Virus record (IMG/VR): IMGVR_UViG_3300025010_000079
Coordinates: 1 to 52,668 of that record
Direction: 5' to 3' (one strand)
DNA length: 52,668 nucleotides
DNA from: a virus
Lineage: Duplodnaviria > Caudoviricetes
Both the position numbers and the translations under genes were made by a program. The notes under the pieces are model-generated. The model worked only from the letters and a program-made list of their open reading frames with translations. It was not told the origin of the DNA and did no database searches. Positions 30,529 through 40,763 of the stretch are shown piece by piece (within the stretch, counting starts at the first letter, position 1; every line of letters starts with the position of its first letter).

Positions 30529-30557
30529 ATTGTACCACAGTAACTAAGTTATGTCAA
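30529..30557 (-). promoter_or_regulatory. Sigma-A promoter of the three-gene operon
   Basis: TTGACA-17 nt-TACAAT with TGTG extension. Confidence 0.8.
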
Positions 30558-31232
30558 ATAAATTTATTTTAGCATTTATGAATTATTATATGCTTTATAA
30601 TAATAAATTTTTACCAGAGGAATTATTTTTATAATCCTTGAAAGCATTGTTAGAGTAGTGTTACGGAGATTTGTATGGATGAAGTGTATTATTAGTATAG
30701 CATCTCATCCGAGTGATTTGCTGTAATTGGCGTGTAAGTAAGGATGTAGGGATTATTAGATTTGTGTTGTCTGGTAAATTTTTATGAATAGATTTGATTT
30801 TTTAATATTTTAGATTTGGGAAAATATTTTTACTAAATTTTAAGGAGTAGTATATGAGGTATAATTGATTCGAACTATAATGTAATTATACGCCCCCGTA
30901 TATAAGAAGAGATTATTATGATATGTTATAAATGCTGTTGTATAAGGATTTGTAGTAATTTTATGGAGGGTTTATGTAGATGGATATTTTGATTTTTATG
31001 GATGCATTTATTGTAATTATTGTTTTGGTAATTTGTTCGATTGGATTGAAATAGATTTATTATTTAGAAAATTATATTTGACTTTGTATTTAATAAATGT
31101 TATACTTAGGTGTGGAGGAATTACCACAATAATTTTGAGAGGATTGATGCTTATTGAATGGATTATAGTTATAAAAGTTATAAATAAAATACTGTACAAC
31201 TAAATATATAATAAGAAGGAGAAAAGAATAAA

Positions 31233-32957
31233 TTGATAAATCAAGAAGAGAAATTAATAGGAGAAGTTAAAGTACCAGTTATTAGAGAGGATGGAGAATT
31301 GTATTATCCGATAAGTTTTATCACAAAAAAGATTTTATTAAAACAAACTAGTCAAAATCAATTACATAAAGAGTATTCCAAGTATATTAAGAAGTTTAAG
31401 ATAGATTATGGATCAAATGTTTTAGGGGGAACACAGGATGTTAACTGTATTAATGAAGAAGGATTAAGACAAATAATAAATATTAGCAGAGTAAGTAGAC
31501 TATCCGTAGAGAAAAGAAAAGGTATGAATATATTATTAGAGTATTTGCATATGGAGACAGTCAGTGAAGATATTAAATATGATCAATTTTCCAAAGAGAT
31601 TAGCAAGGAAGTTATAAATAAATATAACGAATACATTAGAGACTGTATTTATAATGTATTAGAATCAGATCCTAATATTATTTGGCAGAAATGTGATAAA
31701 TGTAATAATTATTATCCATATCACAATAATTTCTTTAATTTTAGTAAAGAATACAATGAAAAATACCCATTAAGTACATCATGTAAAACATGTGACCCTT
31801 GGGATCACAATAGAAGTAAGACGTTTATTAAAGGCAAGGATAGTAATTTAAACCTTATATATAATACATATGGCTCAACAATGTATAATATTTATAAGAG
31901 TCATGACACTATATTGATATTTAATCATTGGAGAAAAATTGGTAAGATGAATTTACCTAATATATTACAAAATAAAGAAGACAAATTAATAATTATAAAA
32001 TATATGTATGAAAAAGGTGAATTTAAACAATATAAACAATAAGATAGTAAATCTATTAAAGAAATTTGTGGATTTGGTTTAACGCATGTTAGTATAGAAG
32101 ATATATATAATTATGTATTAGGAATGGATTATTATGACTGCAAAAGCATTGTAAATGATATTAGTGGTGCAAAATTGATTTTGGATAAATATTTTCTAGA
32201 AAATCAAAACAATGAAAAAAATATTTATGAATATAGTTATTATGAAATTATAAGGGAATGTAAATTAGGAGGTTATTTATATAAACATTATGAAAATTCA
32301 TTACTTGATTTTATTATGGATTATTATAATAATGAATATCCATCTTACAAATTCAAAGGAGGATATATTAAATATTGGTCAAAGCAAGAGAATAGAATTA
32401 GAGCTTTAAAATATTTTATAGAAGAAGATATGAAGATTGAGTTAGTTAAAGTTCCTTTGTATATTACTTTGACCGCTTTAAAAATTAATGGTACATCAAC
32501 ATTATATAATGTTTGTAAAAATTATTATGATAGTTTGTTTGATTGGGTTAATGAGGTATATCCAAATAAGTTTGATCCTAAAGATTTTGATATTCATTAT
32601 GTAAGAAATAATTTTGATTCTATTGAGGAAGCAGAAGTACATGATATATTAAAAGAAAAATTCAAACATAAGGTAGTTTACAATCCAAATAATACAGATA
32701 GAACAATAAAGATTGGAGGAAAGGTTCCAGATTGGTTTATATTTGGGATGGATAAGTGCTATATAGTAGAATATTTTGGATTGAATCTTGATAGAAATAC
32801 TTCTCATAATAGTAGGATAGAAGATTATAAGGAGAGAACTGAAGGAAAGATTGAGATTTATGAGCAATTAGATGGATATGGTAAGGTCTTTATATTTCCT
32901 GATGATTTAAAAGATAATTTTAGTGGACTGATGGAAAAGATAAAATTTATTCATTGA
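31233..32957 (+). pseudogene. Single ~574-codon gene (antirepressor-like N-terminus, Zn finger, C-terminal PD-(D/E)xK-like nuclease) interrupted by an in-frame TAA
   Basis: The two tracked ORFs share a frame and the 27 codons between them are open. C-terminal FDSIEE...VPDW...IVEYFGL. Confidence 0.75.
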
Positions 32958-35139
32958 TTGTGGTAATTGTGATTTAATTAATTTTGGATTGGAGTGATTT
33001 TAAATTATAAAATAAATTTATATTATTTTAAGTAAATATTTGCATCGTTTGATTAGAGTTTGGTATTCGTACTAGACTCTATTTTTTTGTTTATGTTTAA
33101 TTATTATGTAATTGTACAATGTTATTAATGGATTATTATTTGGAGATTAATTATGTATAAATGATATTGATTTTATTTCGATGTTGTTTAATATTATTTA
33201 TTATTCTATATAGAAAATTGATTATAAGACGTTTGATTTAATTATTTGATAGAATGTTAAAATGGTTTATTTAAGTGGAATATGAGGGTGTTTGTAGATG
33301 ATATTGTTTGACATTATGATAATATATTGGTGTAAAATAGAGTATAGAATATGAGAAATGAATAATGAAGTATAGTTACTTAGGCCCAAGATTATTGTTA
33401 GTATGATGTAGATTATATCGAAGAAATAGCGAGTTAGATATTGTGTTTTTTTCGTATTGGAATTTTAGATAATGTATGGGAATTGAAATGGTAGTGTACT
33501 CGCACTCGTAGTCAATTCGAGTGTCGATTTAGATGTACTCTGTCGAATACTGTCGAAATAAAAAGTTGGGTTTTTGTAATCCCACGCCCCTTATTGGCAT
33601 GGTTTTTGAAAGTGAATATCAGCACAGGTTTTTGCTATAGTCTATGCTTATGACAAACTAAAACTAATCAATCCGGCCAAAGCAAAAAACGCTACAACCC
33701 GCCTATAGCTTCATTCTCACTCTAATATGAATGTTACTAAAGATGCTTGTGTAACATTCGGTTAGAATTGAGGGTAGTTATGGTATGGGCCGGATGATTT
33801 GGAGAGCTTAAAGGGTGAATTTGTGGCAGGAAATTGAAAGGGAATGATAATAGATAATGTCCTGGCATTACATCGGCTACACTCGGTAACGATAATGTCG
33901 AATTGATTGTAATGGATGAAATGGAATGATTATAGAGAGAATGAAGCAATTTATGGGCCTTATTATTATTGTGCGTTATAACGCTCAAAATATCGGATCT
34001 TATAACATAGGCGAAGTTGTTGAAGTATTACAAGTGTAAACACAACTACAAATGTAATCAATGTATTGCAACAGTATACAAATGTATACCTAGTATAAAA
34101 AAGATACTAACTATATTAAACATATTATTATACAATTACACAACCACATCATACCATCACATGAATTCTTAATGCAGTCATATGAACTCATTATAATAAA
34201 TCTAATCAAATAACCATCTTCTCCAATCATACATCAACACAATACAGTCACTTGACTACATTACACCTTCATATAATAATAATCTCATTATACTATCACT
34301 CTAACCTCATTACATGATCACAATTATCACATACAAAAATCATATACCATCATAATCCAAACTAATACCAACTATCTCGCTAAACAATATATCACACTAA
34401 ACTACTCAACATTAATACATACCATATCACTTGGTATTATATCCTATCATTATACTATACATTAAATCATACTAATTCACTAGAATATAATCCATACTAT
34501 TCCTCTATACATTAATCCTAATCATATTAAAACATCTCCAATCAAATCCTATGCCAAAAACCCTAAAATCACGACACACCCGATACCGTGTAGAAAAATT
34601 TTAGTATAAACCCTAAAATAAAATTCTACACACTTATATAACCCTCTAAACCTCAAACCGCTTAAAAGCCCCTTTCTGTCTCTCTCACGCAATATTTTAT
34701 TTCTTGCTTCAATACATCCTATCAACTCATACTTTACACTTGGCATACATATTGCATAGCATACAGCAATACAACCAACTTTAGCAAACATACTGCAATC
34801 CGGTTAACTCTAACCATCTTACAGAGATATAATGCTAACCTCTAACACTCTGTTACTATTTGATCAATCTTTATTTGTTACCTCTTATCTTATCCATTAT
34901 TGCTTCTATTTTACTCATCCCTAACATTCTCCCTCTATCACTTCTAAACCTCTTAAAACACCATTCTAGGGCTTATAAGCCCAACATAATAACCTTATTA
35001 ACCTTCATTCTGTATGTACAATTTTATCCCTATATAATAGGAAACAACTATAAAAATAAATATTTGAAAACCCCCTAAAACCTATTGCGTTAACTCTCAA
35101 AATGGTTATAATTATATATAAGAGGTTAAATAAAAGGGA
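32958..35139. other. 2.2-kb non-coding, compositionally skewed region at the transcriptional divergence
   Basis: C-poor plus strand to about 33.5 kb, nearly G-free plus strand at about 34.1-34.55 kb; no credible ORFs. Confidence 0.7.
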
Positions 35140-35148
35140 GTGTTGAAT

Positions 35149-35493
35149 ATGACTAAAGCAGAACAAATTTATACAGCTACTCGTTGTGAGTGTATTAAAA
35201 CAATTGAAAACTGGGGATATAAAACAAACCCAAATGGAACTGCAATTGGGTGCAGTAAACTAGCTACAGACAAAGAAACAAGCACAAGAACCATTAACGA
35301 TATTACTAAAATCTTAGACAGAAAATACAAAGATATAAACATAGACAAAGACCTTGGAATACTAACCGAGGCAGAAGCAAAAAAGGAAACACAAATTTTA
35401 AACATGATCAAATCAACAGTAAACAATCGGAAACAAAGAATAATAGAATTTAATGAAGAATTAAAAAATATTGTTAAGAAAGGAGAATATTAA
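35149..35493 (+). CDS. Hypothetical early protein
   Basis: AAGGGAG RBS; upstream TTGCGT...TATAAT promoter. Confidence 0.75.
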   Translation: MTKAEQIYTATRCECIKTIENWGYKTNPNGTAIGCSKLATDKETSTRTINDITKILDRKYKDINIDKDLGILTEAEAKKETQILNMIKSTVNNRKQRIIEFNEELKNIVKKGEY

Positions 35494-35495
35494 AG

Positions 35496-35654
35496 ATGAT
35501 TACTATCGAAGAATCTCCTGAATATTCGCGATGTACATCTTGCTTTGAAAAAGATAATTTAAAAAATCTAATTATTGGATCAATACAAATAACTATATGT
35601 CATAAATGCAGTAAAGAAATTACAAATCTTTTAAAAGATGCTTTAGACTTCTGA
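35496..35654 (+). CDS. 52-aa Zn-finger protein (not in ORF track)
   Basis: AAAGGAG RBS; CTSC...CHKC. Confidence 0.65.
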   Translation: MITIEESPEYSRCTSCFEKDNLKNLIIGSIQITICHKCSKEITNLLKDALDF

Positions 35655-35882
35655 GTTACGATGAACAATTGGAGTATAGAAAAGCGCAATTGAAAAATTA
35701 AGTTGAAATACTAGAAGGTTAAAATGCCTTCTTTTTTTTGCCCAAATAAAACCTATATTGTATGGGATAGTGCGGAGCCACTTAAGAACAAAATAATTAT
35801 TTCTAAACTATTCTATTTTGTTAAAATCTGTGATAGTATTAATCAAATCTAATTTTAGGGAATTGAAAGGGGAATACATATT

Positions 35883-36110
35883 ATGTCAAACATGAGTTAT
35901 TGCAAATTTGAAAATACAGACAATGACCTCCAGGAATGCCTTGACGCACTGAGAGAAAGAAACATTTCTTCAAACAGTGAAAAGCGGGCAGCAAACAGAA
36001 TTTTACAGACTGTTCTTTTATTTCTGGAAGATGAAGGAATTATAGAAAATTATAATGCTGGAAAGATAAAGAAAATTATTGAAGAATGCGAAAAGCAAGA
36101 AGATGAATAA
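35883..36110 (+). CDS. Hypothetical protein (MSNMSYCKFENT...)
   Basis: RBS, own promoter-like sequence and terminator. Confidence 0.75.
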   Translation: MSNMSYCKFENTDNDLQECLDALRERNISSNSEKRAANRILQTVLLFLEDEGIIENYNAGKIKKIIEECEKQEDE

Positions 36111-36350
36111 AAGCCACAAACTAAGAACTAAGCAATTAGTTCTTTTTCTTTTACCTTCATATCCTCCTACACGCTCACAAATACCCTGTAATAGTTCAGA
36201 ACTCCATATCATATATAATCGCACCACTAGCAAAACATAACCTTTTAAACCTCTATCAGATGTAAAAATAATTTTTCTAGACATGACTATTTTTATTGAT
36301 TCTGTGATATAATATAAATATCAGATACATATTTTAAGGAGGTTTTTTGA

Positions 36351-37538
36351 ATGAAAGTTTACAAATGCTTCACTTCAGATTTTCAAGACCTTGAAAAGAA
36401 AATTAAGCGGATCACTAAAAAACTTAATAAGAATTCCCTGAAATGGTCTTTTGAAGTCCTTGGAGAATCAGTCGAGGAAGTAAGAGTAATCGACTATGTA
36501 AACCGTGATAATATTCCCTCTTGGCAGTTTTCTCCTAAAGATTGCGGAACGGTTGTTGTGGATGTTACCTCGTACACTTTTGAAATGGAGTCACTGAAAT
36601 TAGGAGAATTTGAAGTCCTTGCGGTAATTGAGCACAATGCGGTAGAGGATACAAATGAAAATATCATACACGTTATCAAAGAAGGTGAAAATGTTTCAAT
36701 CCCCGTTGAATACAGAACTATCAAAAGTCACTGCCAACATTGCAACAGTGACCGCAAGAGAAACAAAACAGTCCTTCTTATAAATGCCGAAAATCAAATT
36801 ATTCAAGTTGGCAGCACTTGTATCAAAGAGTATACAGGTATTGACGGACTAAGCATCATAGGCAATTATCAAGACATACATGATATTTGCATCGAAGAAC
36901 CTAAAATGGACTATGATAATTTAGGTAAACAGTCTAAATACCTAAAAACTCTTGACTATCTCACAAATTGCCTAAGTTTAATCAACTCTGAAGGTTATAA
37001 AAAAGAAGAAACCAAAAACGGAGCCTGGGAGTTAACAAAAAAATGTGGTAAAAATGAAAAGTATAAGGTAATGGCAAATGAGGTTATAAACTACTTCAAA
37101 AACAAAGAATTCAAGGAGTATGAAACATTTCAAAATAATATCAAAGTATACCTATCAAATGAATATACCAAAATAAACGGAATTGTGGCTTATGCTTATG
37201 TTAGTTATCAGAAGGAAATTGAAAAGGACGAAAAGAAAGCAAGGGAGCAGGAAGGAAAGAAAAATTCTAATCACGTCGGGAACACTGGTGATAAATTGGA
37301 AGTAAATCTAACACTGAAAAAACGAGTGAGTTATGGAACCAGTTACAACGGTTACACTGAAACTACTCAATATATATACCTCTTTGAAGATACTGAGGGA
37401 AATATCTATAAATGGAATACAGCAAAATTCTTAGAACTTGATAATGGGGATAGCGTGAAGGTTAAAGGGACTATAAAAGATCACTCGGAATATGCCGGAG
37501 CAAAGCAGACTGTATTGACTAGATGCAAAATAGCTTGA
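36351..37538 (+). CDS. Zn-binding protein with C-terminal OB-fold-like domain
   Basis: CQHC..RKR..VGSTC; C-terminal beta-rich VKGTIKDHSEYAGAKQTVLTRCK. Confidence 0.8.
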   Translation: MKVYKCFTSDFQDLEKKIKRITKKLNKNSLKWSFEVLGESVEEVRVIDYVNRDNIPSWQFSPKDCGTVVVDVTSYTFEMESLKLGEFEVLAVIEHNAVEDTNENIIHVIKEGENVSIPVEYRTIKSHCQHCNSDRKRNKTVLLINAENQIIQVGSTCIKEYTGIDGLSIIGNYQDIHDICIEEPKMDYDNLGKQSKYLKTLDYLTNCLSLINSEGYKKEETKNGAWELTKKCGKNEKYKVMANEVINYFKNKEFKEYETFQNNIKVYLSNEYTKINGIVAYAYVSYQKEIEKDEKKAREQEGKKNSNHVGNTGDKLEVNLTLKKRVSYGTSYNGYTETTQYIYLFEDTEGNIYKWNTAKFLELDNGDSVKVKGTIKDHSEYAGAKQTVLTRCKIA

Positions 37539-37547
37539 ATGGATACT

Positions 37548-37580
37548 AAAGACTAGGCCAAAACCTAGTCTTTTTCTTTT
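37548..37580 (+). terminator. Intrinsic terminator (AGACTAG family)
   Basis: AAAGACTAGG/CCTAGTCTTT plus T-run. Confidence 0.85.
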
Positions 37581-37759
37581 GTCTTCATATCAAATAAAAA
37601 TCCATTTTTATTGGGAAATTGAGTTTTTAAAAGTGGGTTATAGCAAGGGTTCTAGGGTTTATGTTTTATAGAATTGTAATATAATTATTGACCATTTTAC
37701 ATCTTCTATGTTATAATTCATTAACTTAAAATTTCAGAAATCGAAGGGAGCATATTTTA

Positions 37760-37912
37760 ATGAAATATGAAGTAACTAAAAAATTCATCGGTGGGATCTT
37801 GAAAGGATTAACCTATACTGAAACAACTTCAGTAAAATTCGAAGTTGGGTTCATTTGCAAAAATTCCTACGGAGGCAGTCCTTATAAAATAATTTCCTGT
37901 AATCCAGTGTAA
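37760..37912 (+). CDS. 50-aa hypothetical protein (not in ORF track)
   Basis: AAGGGAG RBS, upstream TGTTATAAT, downstream hairpin. Confidence 0.65.
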   Translation: MKYEVTKKFIGGILKGLTYTETTSVKFEVGFICKNSYGGSPYKIISCNPV

Positions 37913-37964
37913 ACTAAAAAGGAAGGGTAAAACCTTCCTTTAATAATTTGAAGGAGTGGTCAAC

Positions 37965-38312
37965 ATGTTTAAACCAGTTACCAAAAAGCAAACTAATAAA
38001 ATGTCTCAAAACTATAAAAAATTCATTTCTGCTCTATTTGGAGTTGAAGCAATCGGAGCCACCAAGCAAGAAGCTGAAGAAAATCTTTATAATTTGATTA
38101 ACTGGAATACAAAGCAATTCAGAAAATACTTTCAGCGTGAAGGTATAATTGCTATATTATCAAATAGTCCTTACGATCTTAATCAATATCATTATTCTTA
38201 TATTCGAGAAGGAAGGGAGTCGGGAACAACCATATTCGATGCAATAAGTGATAAGGAAGCAATAAATAAAGCTCAGAGATATTTTGATGAATACATAGGA
38301 TGTTCAAATTAA
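37965..38312 (+). CDS. Hypothetical protein
   Basis: AAGGAG RBS then ATG 37965. Confidence 0.75.
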   Translation: MFKPVTKKQTNKMSQNYKKFISALFGVEAIGATKQEAEENLYNLINWNTKQFRKYFQREGIIAILSNSPYDLNQYHYSYIREGRESGTTIFDAISDKEAINKAQRYFDEYIGCSN

Positions 38313-38335
38313 GACTCTTAGGAGTCTTTTTCTTT
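38311..38335 (+). terminator. Intrinsic terminator
   Basis: AAGACTC/GAGTCTT plus T-run. Confidence 0.8.
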
Positions 38336-38483
38336 GTCTTGTTATAGTTTTTATCATGAACATATTCTGAAGCCTTAAAAGTGCTATTGTGGGCCTTACA
38401 ATCAAATATAATTACTATTTGACGTTTGTATTTATCCTGTGATATTATATCAGTAATAAATAATTTAATCGGAGGTTGCTAAA

Positions 38484-38723
38484 ATGACTAAAACATTTGA
38501 TCCAGGTACATACCAATATATGTCTTCTCTATCAATCCACAAAAAGGCTGACAAAAAGAAAGTCGATGAAGAAAAAATAATATCTCGAATGTATGCTGTA
38601 TGCCGGAAGTATGATAAGAGCTTGGATGAAATAACCAAAAAGGAGTTAACTAAAACAGAGTACAAGCACTTAATGGATTTTATAAATTTAAGAGGTTATA
38701 CTGGTTATGATAATTTAGACTAG
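38484..38723 (+). CDS. Hypothetical protein
   Basis: GGAGGT RBS; TTGACG...TATTAT promoter upstream. Confidence 0.75.
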   Translation: MTKTFDPGTYQYMSSLSIHKKADKKKVDEEKIISRMYAVCRKYDKSLDEITKKELTKTEYKHLMDFINLRGYTGYDNLD

Positions 38724-38751
38724 ATAAAAATATCTAGTCTTTTTCTTTTTT
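38717..38751 (+). terminator. Intrinsic terminator (AGACTAG family)
   Basis: AGACTAGATA/TATCTAGTCT plus T-run. Confidence 0.85.
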
Positions 38752-38818
38752 GTACTAGCAAATTACCCAATCAACAACATATAATAAATAAAATAAAAAA
38801 ATAAAGGAGTTGGCGCGA

Positions 38819-39004
38819 ATGAAAACAGAAAAACAATTGGATAAAAAATGGAAAGAATTAAAAAATCGTATATCAATTATGATTGAACAAGCTGAACTTT
38901 TTGTATTAGATAATCCTTCCGATAAAAAAAGAATAGAATATCTTAAATCACTCATCTTGCCGGAACGAGAAGAAATTTTTAAAAATCTTAATCGGAATAT
39001 CTAA
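38819..39004 (+). CDS. Hypothetical protein
   Basis: AAGGAG RBS then ATG 38819. Confidence 0.65.
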   Translation: MKTEKQLDKKWKELKNRISIMIEQAELFVLDNPSDKKRIEYLKSLILPEREEIFKNLNRNI

Positions 39005-39036
39005 AGACTAGAAATAATATTCTAGTCTTTTTCTTT
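39003..39036 (+). terminator. Intrinsic terminator (AGACTAG family)
   Basis: AAAGACTAGAA/TTCTAGTCTTT plus T-run. Confidence 0.85.
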
Positions 39037-39450
39037 GCTCATTCAGCCCGATCAACTCATTTTCCCTTTTCAATCCTTCGCACCCTCAAAACACACGGAC
39101 AGAAATGGCCCTTCTTGCCTTTAGATTGCATTGCCTAGTATAATCTTATCTAGCATCGGTTTTAAACGTCTCAGAATAAAAATAGGGTTAATTGTGGCTG
39201 TGATTCTATACAAATTTAAAAATAATATTAAAATAATTAGCATTTCCACGCAATCAATAGCTATCTATAGATAATGCCATATAATCCACTGTAAAATGGT
39301 TAAAACGGGCTAAAATGGAATTCGCTATATAATGCCTAATGCTTTAAAATAGGGTACATAGAGAAGCACACAAACATAGAGCAGACAAAAAGCCTCTTAC
39401 CTCAGTTATCTTTAGTCAGTCAACTATAAAGTGTAAAATAAAATTTATAC

Positions 39451-39479
39451 TTGACAAAATGAACTCTATCTATTAAAAT
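39451..39479 (+). promoter_or_regulatory. Sigma-A promoter of the long early operon
   Basis: TTGACA-17 nt-TAAAAT. Confidence 0.8.
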
Positions 39480-39486
39480 GGGTATC

Positions 39487-39780
39487 AAGAACAAAAACAT
39501 AGTGCCTACGCAAAATAGGCCAAAAGGAGGTAATCAGACTCTTAGCAAAGACTAAATCCTTCGAAGCTCAAGGCTACCTGAAGGAAAGCACCTCTAGTCA
39601 AGGAATGCTTAAAAAGGATCGCTCTTTGACAATTAAATAAACCTTTCCTGAAGTTATACAAAGTATTGTTTATATGTCTATAAGTTCGCTTGCGTCTGAT
39701 GGCAATTAAACAATATGGAGATACTGGCACTAAGGTTGCCAAGGAAGTAATAGGGAAAGGCTTAAAACCTCTCTTTTAAA
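39487..39780 (+). promoter_or_regulatory. Structured untranslated leader with boxA-like antitermination site
   Basis: CGCTCTTTGACA at 39620-39631; multiple hairpins; no plus-strand ORF. Confidence 0.55.
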
Positions 39781-39840
39781 CTCTTATTTGCTTAAACTTG
39801 TTCCCGTGTTTGCCCTCTTAATTAAGAGGAGGAAAATTAA

Positions 39841-40047
39841 ATGAATGATTATAAAATTGCAACAGAACCTAGAGAAAATGGTAAAATTATGTACAGACCT
39901 ATTGTTAATGGTTATGATACTAGTCATTTATTTGAAAATTACGATCAAGCTCTAATTTTTGCCATAGCATATGCCAACTTGAAAAACATGAATGACACTA
40001 TGTATGCGGAAGAATTTATTTCAAGAATGTTAAAAATTAATCAATAA
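39841..40047 (+). CDS. Hypothetical protein enclosed by a long inverted repeat
   Basis: GAGGAGG RBS, 68 aa. Confidence 0.75.
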   Translation: MNDYKIATEPRENGKIMYRPIVNGYDTSHLFENYDQALIFAIAYANLKNMNDTMYAEEFISRMLKINQ

Positions 40048-40325
40048 CAAATACCAACACAAGAGGGTAAACACAAGGACAAGAAAAGCAAAAAGAGAGA
40101 ATTAACCAAAACATTCTAAAATCCCTTTAGTTTACATTATTACAATTTAATCATAACAATTGCGTTAAACTTGCATAACAAAATTAAAATGCAGGTTGTT
40201 GTAATTTAATGTTAAATTGTCTATACTTAAGGCTGAAGGGATTAATTAAACTTAAGGTGTGAACTTAAAATTATTTATGAGTTTAGACCTTGGGTAAAAA
40301 TTAAGAATGAAAGAGGTTATGGAAA

Positions 40326-40763
40326 ATGTTAGAATTAAAGTATGGTGCAATTGTCAAACACAACGACCAATTAGGGGAATTAGTTACCGAAGATGGTAAG
40401 TTCTATTTTCATCCTGTCAAGTATGGTAATTATTACTGCTCAGACCTAACCGAAGCAACTGAAGAAAACATTCAAGAAACTTCTCATGATGAAAAAGTCG
40501 AATATCTTAAACAGGAATTCCCATGGGGTGAAGTTACCAAAGTTCATAACATTGGTGAATATGTAATCTTTGAATATATCAGTGGCTATGATCTTAGAAA
40601 TGAAGGGAAGACGGTTATTGCTTTTCATGCTTATATGGATTATCAAAATATATCTTGCTCTTATGAAACCTTAGACTCTTGTTTGATCGGAACACTAGCA
40701 TATAAGTATGATGGAGCCAATAGTCAAGCAGCAAAATTCTTTAGGAGAATGGTCAAAATGTAA
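40326..40763 (+). CDS. Hypothetical protein
   Basis: 145 aa, GAGGT RBS. Confidence 0.8.
   Translation: MLELKYGAIVKHNDQLGELVTEDGKFYFHPVKYGNYYCSDLTEATEENIQETSHDEKVEYLKQEFPWGEVTKVHNIGEYVIFEYISGYDLRNEGKTVIAFHAYMDYQNISCSYETLDSCLIGTLAYKYDGANSQAAKFFRRMVKM

Noticed and set aside
32040-32042. Genome-wide stop-codon reassignment
   Set aside because: TAA, TAG and TGA all end otherwise complete genes; this is an isolated case.
33737-35078. ORFs 33737-33988, 34549-34791 and 34860-35078
   Set aside because: No RBS; amino acid bias simply mirrors the local nucleotide skew.
39540-39620. c-di-GMP or other known riboswitch
   Set aside because: I could not match the conserved cores by eye; kept only as an unknown structured leader.
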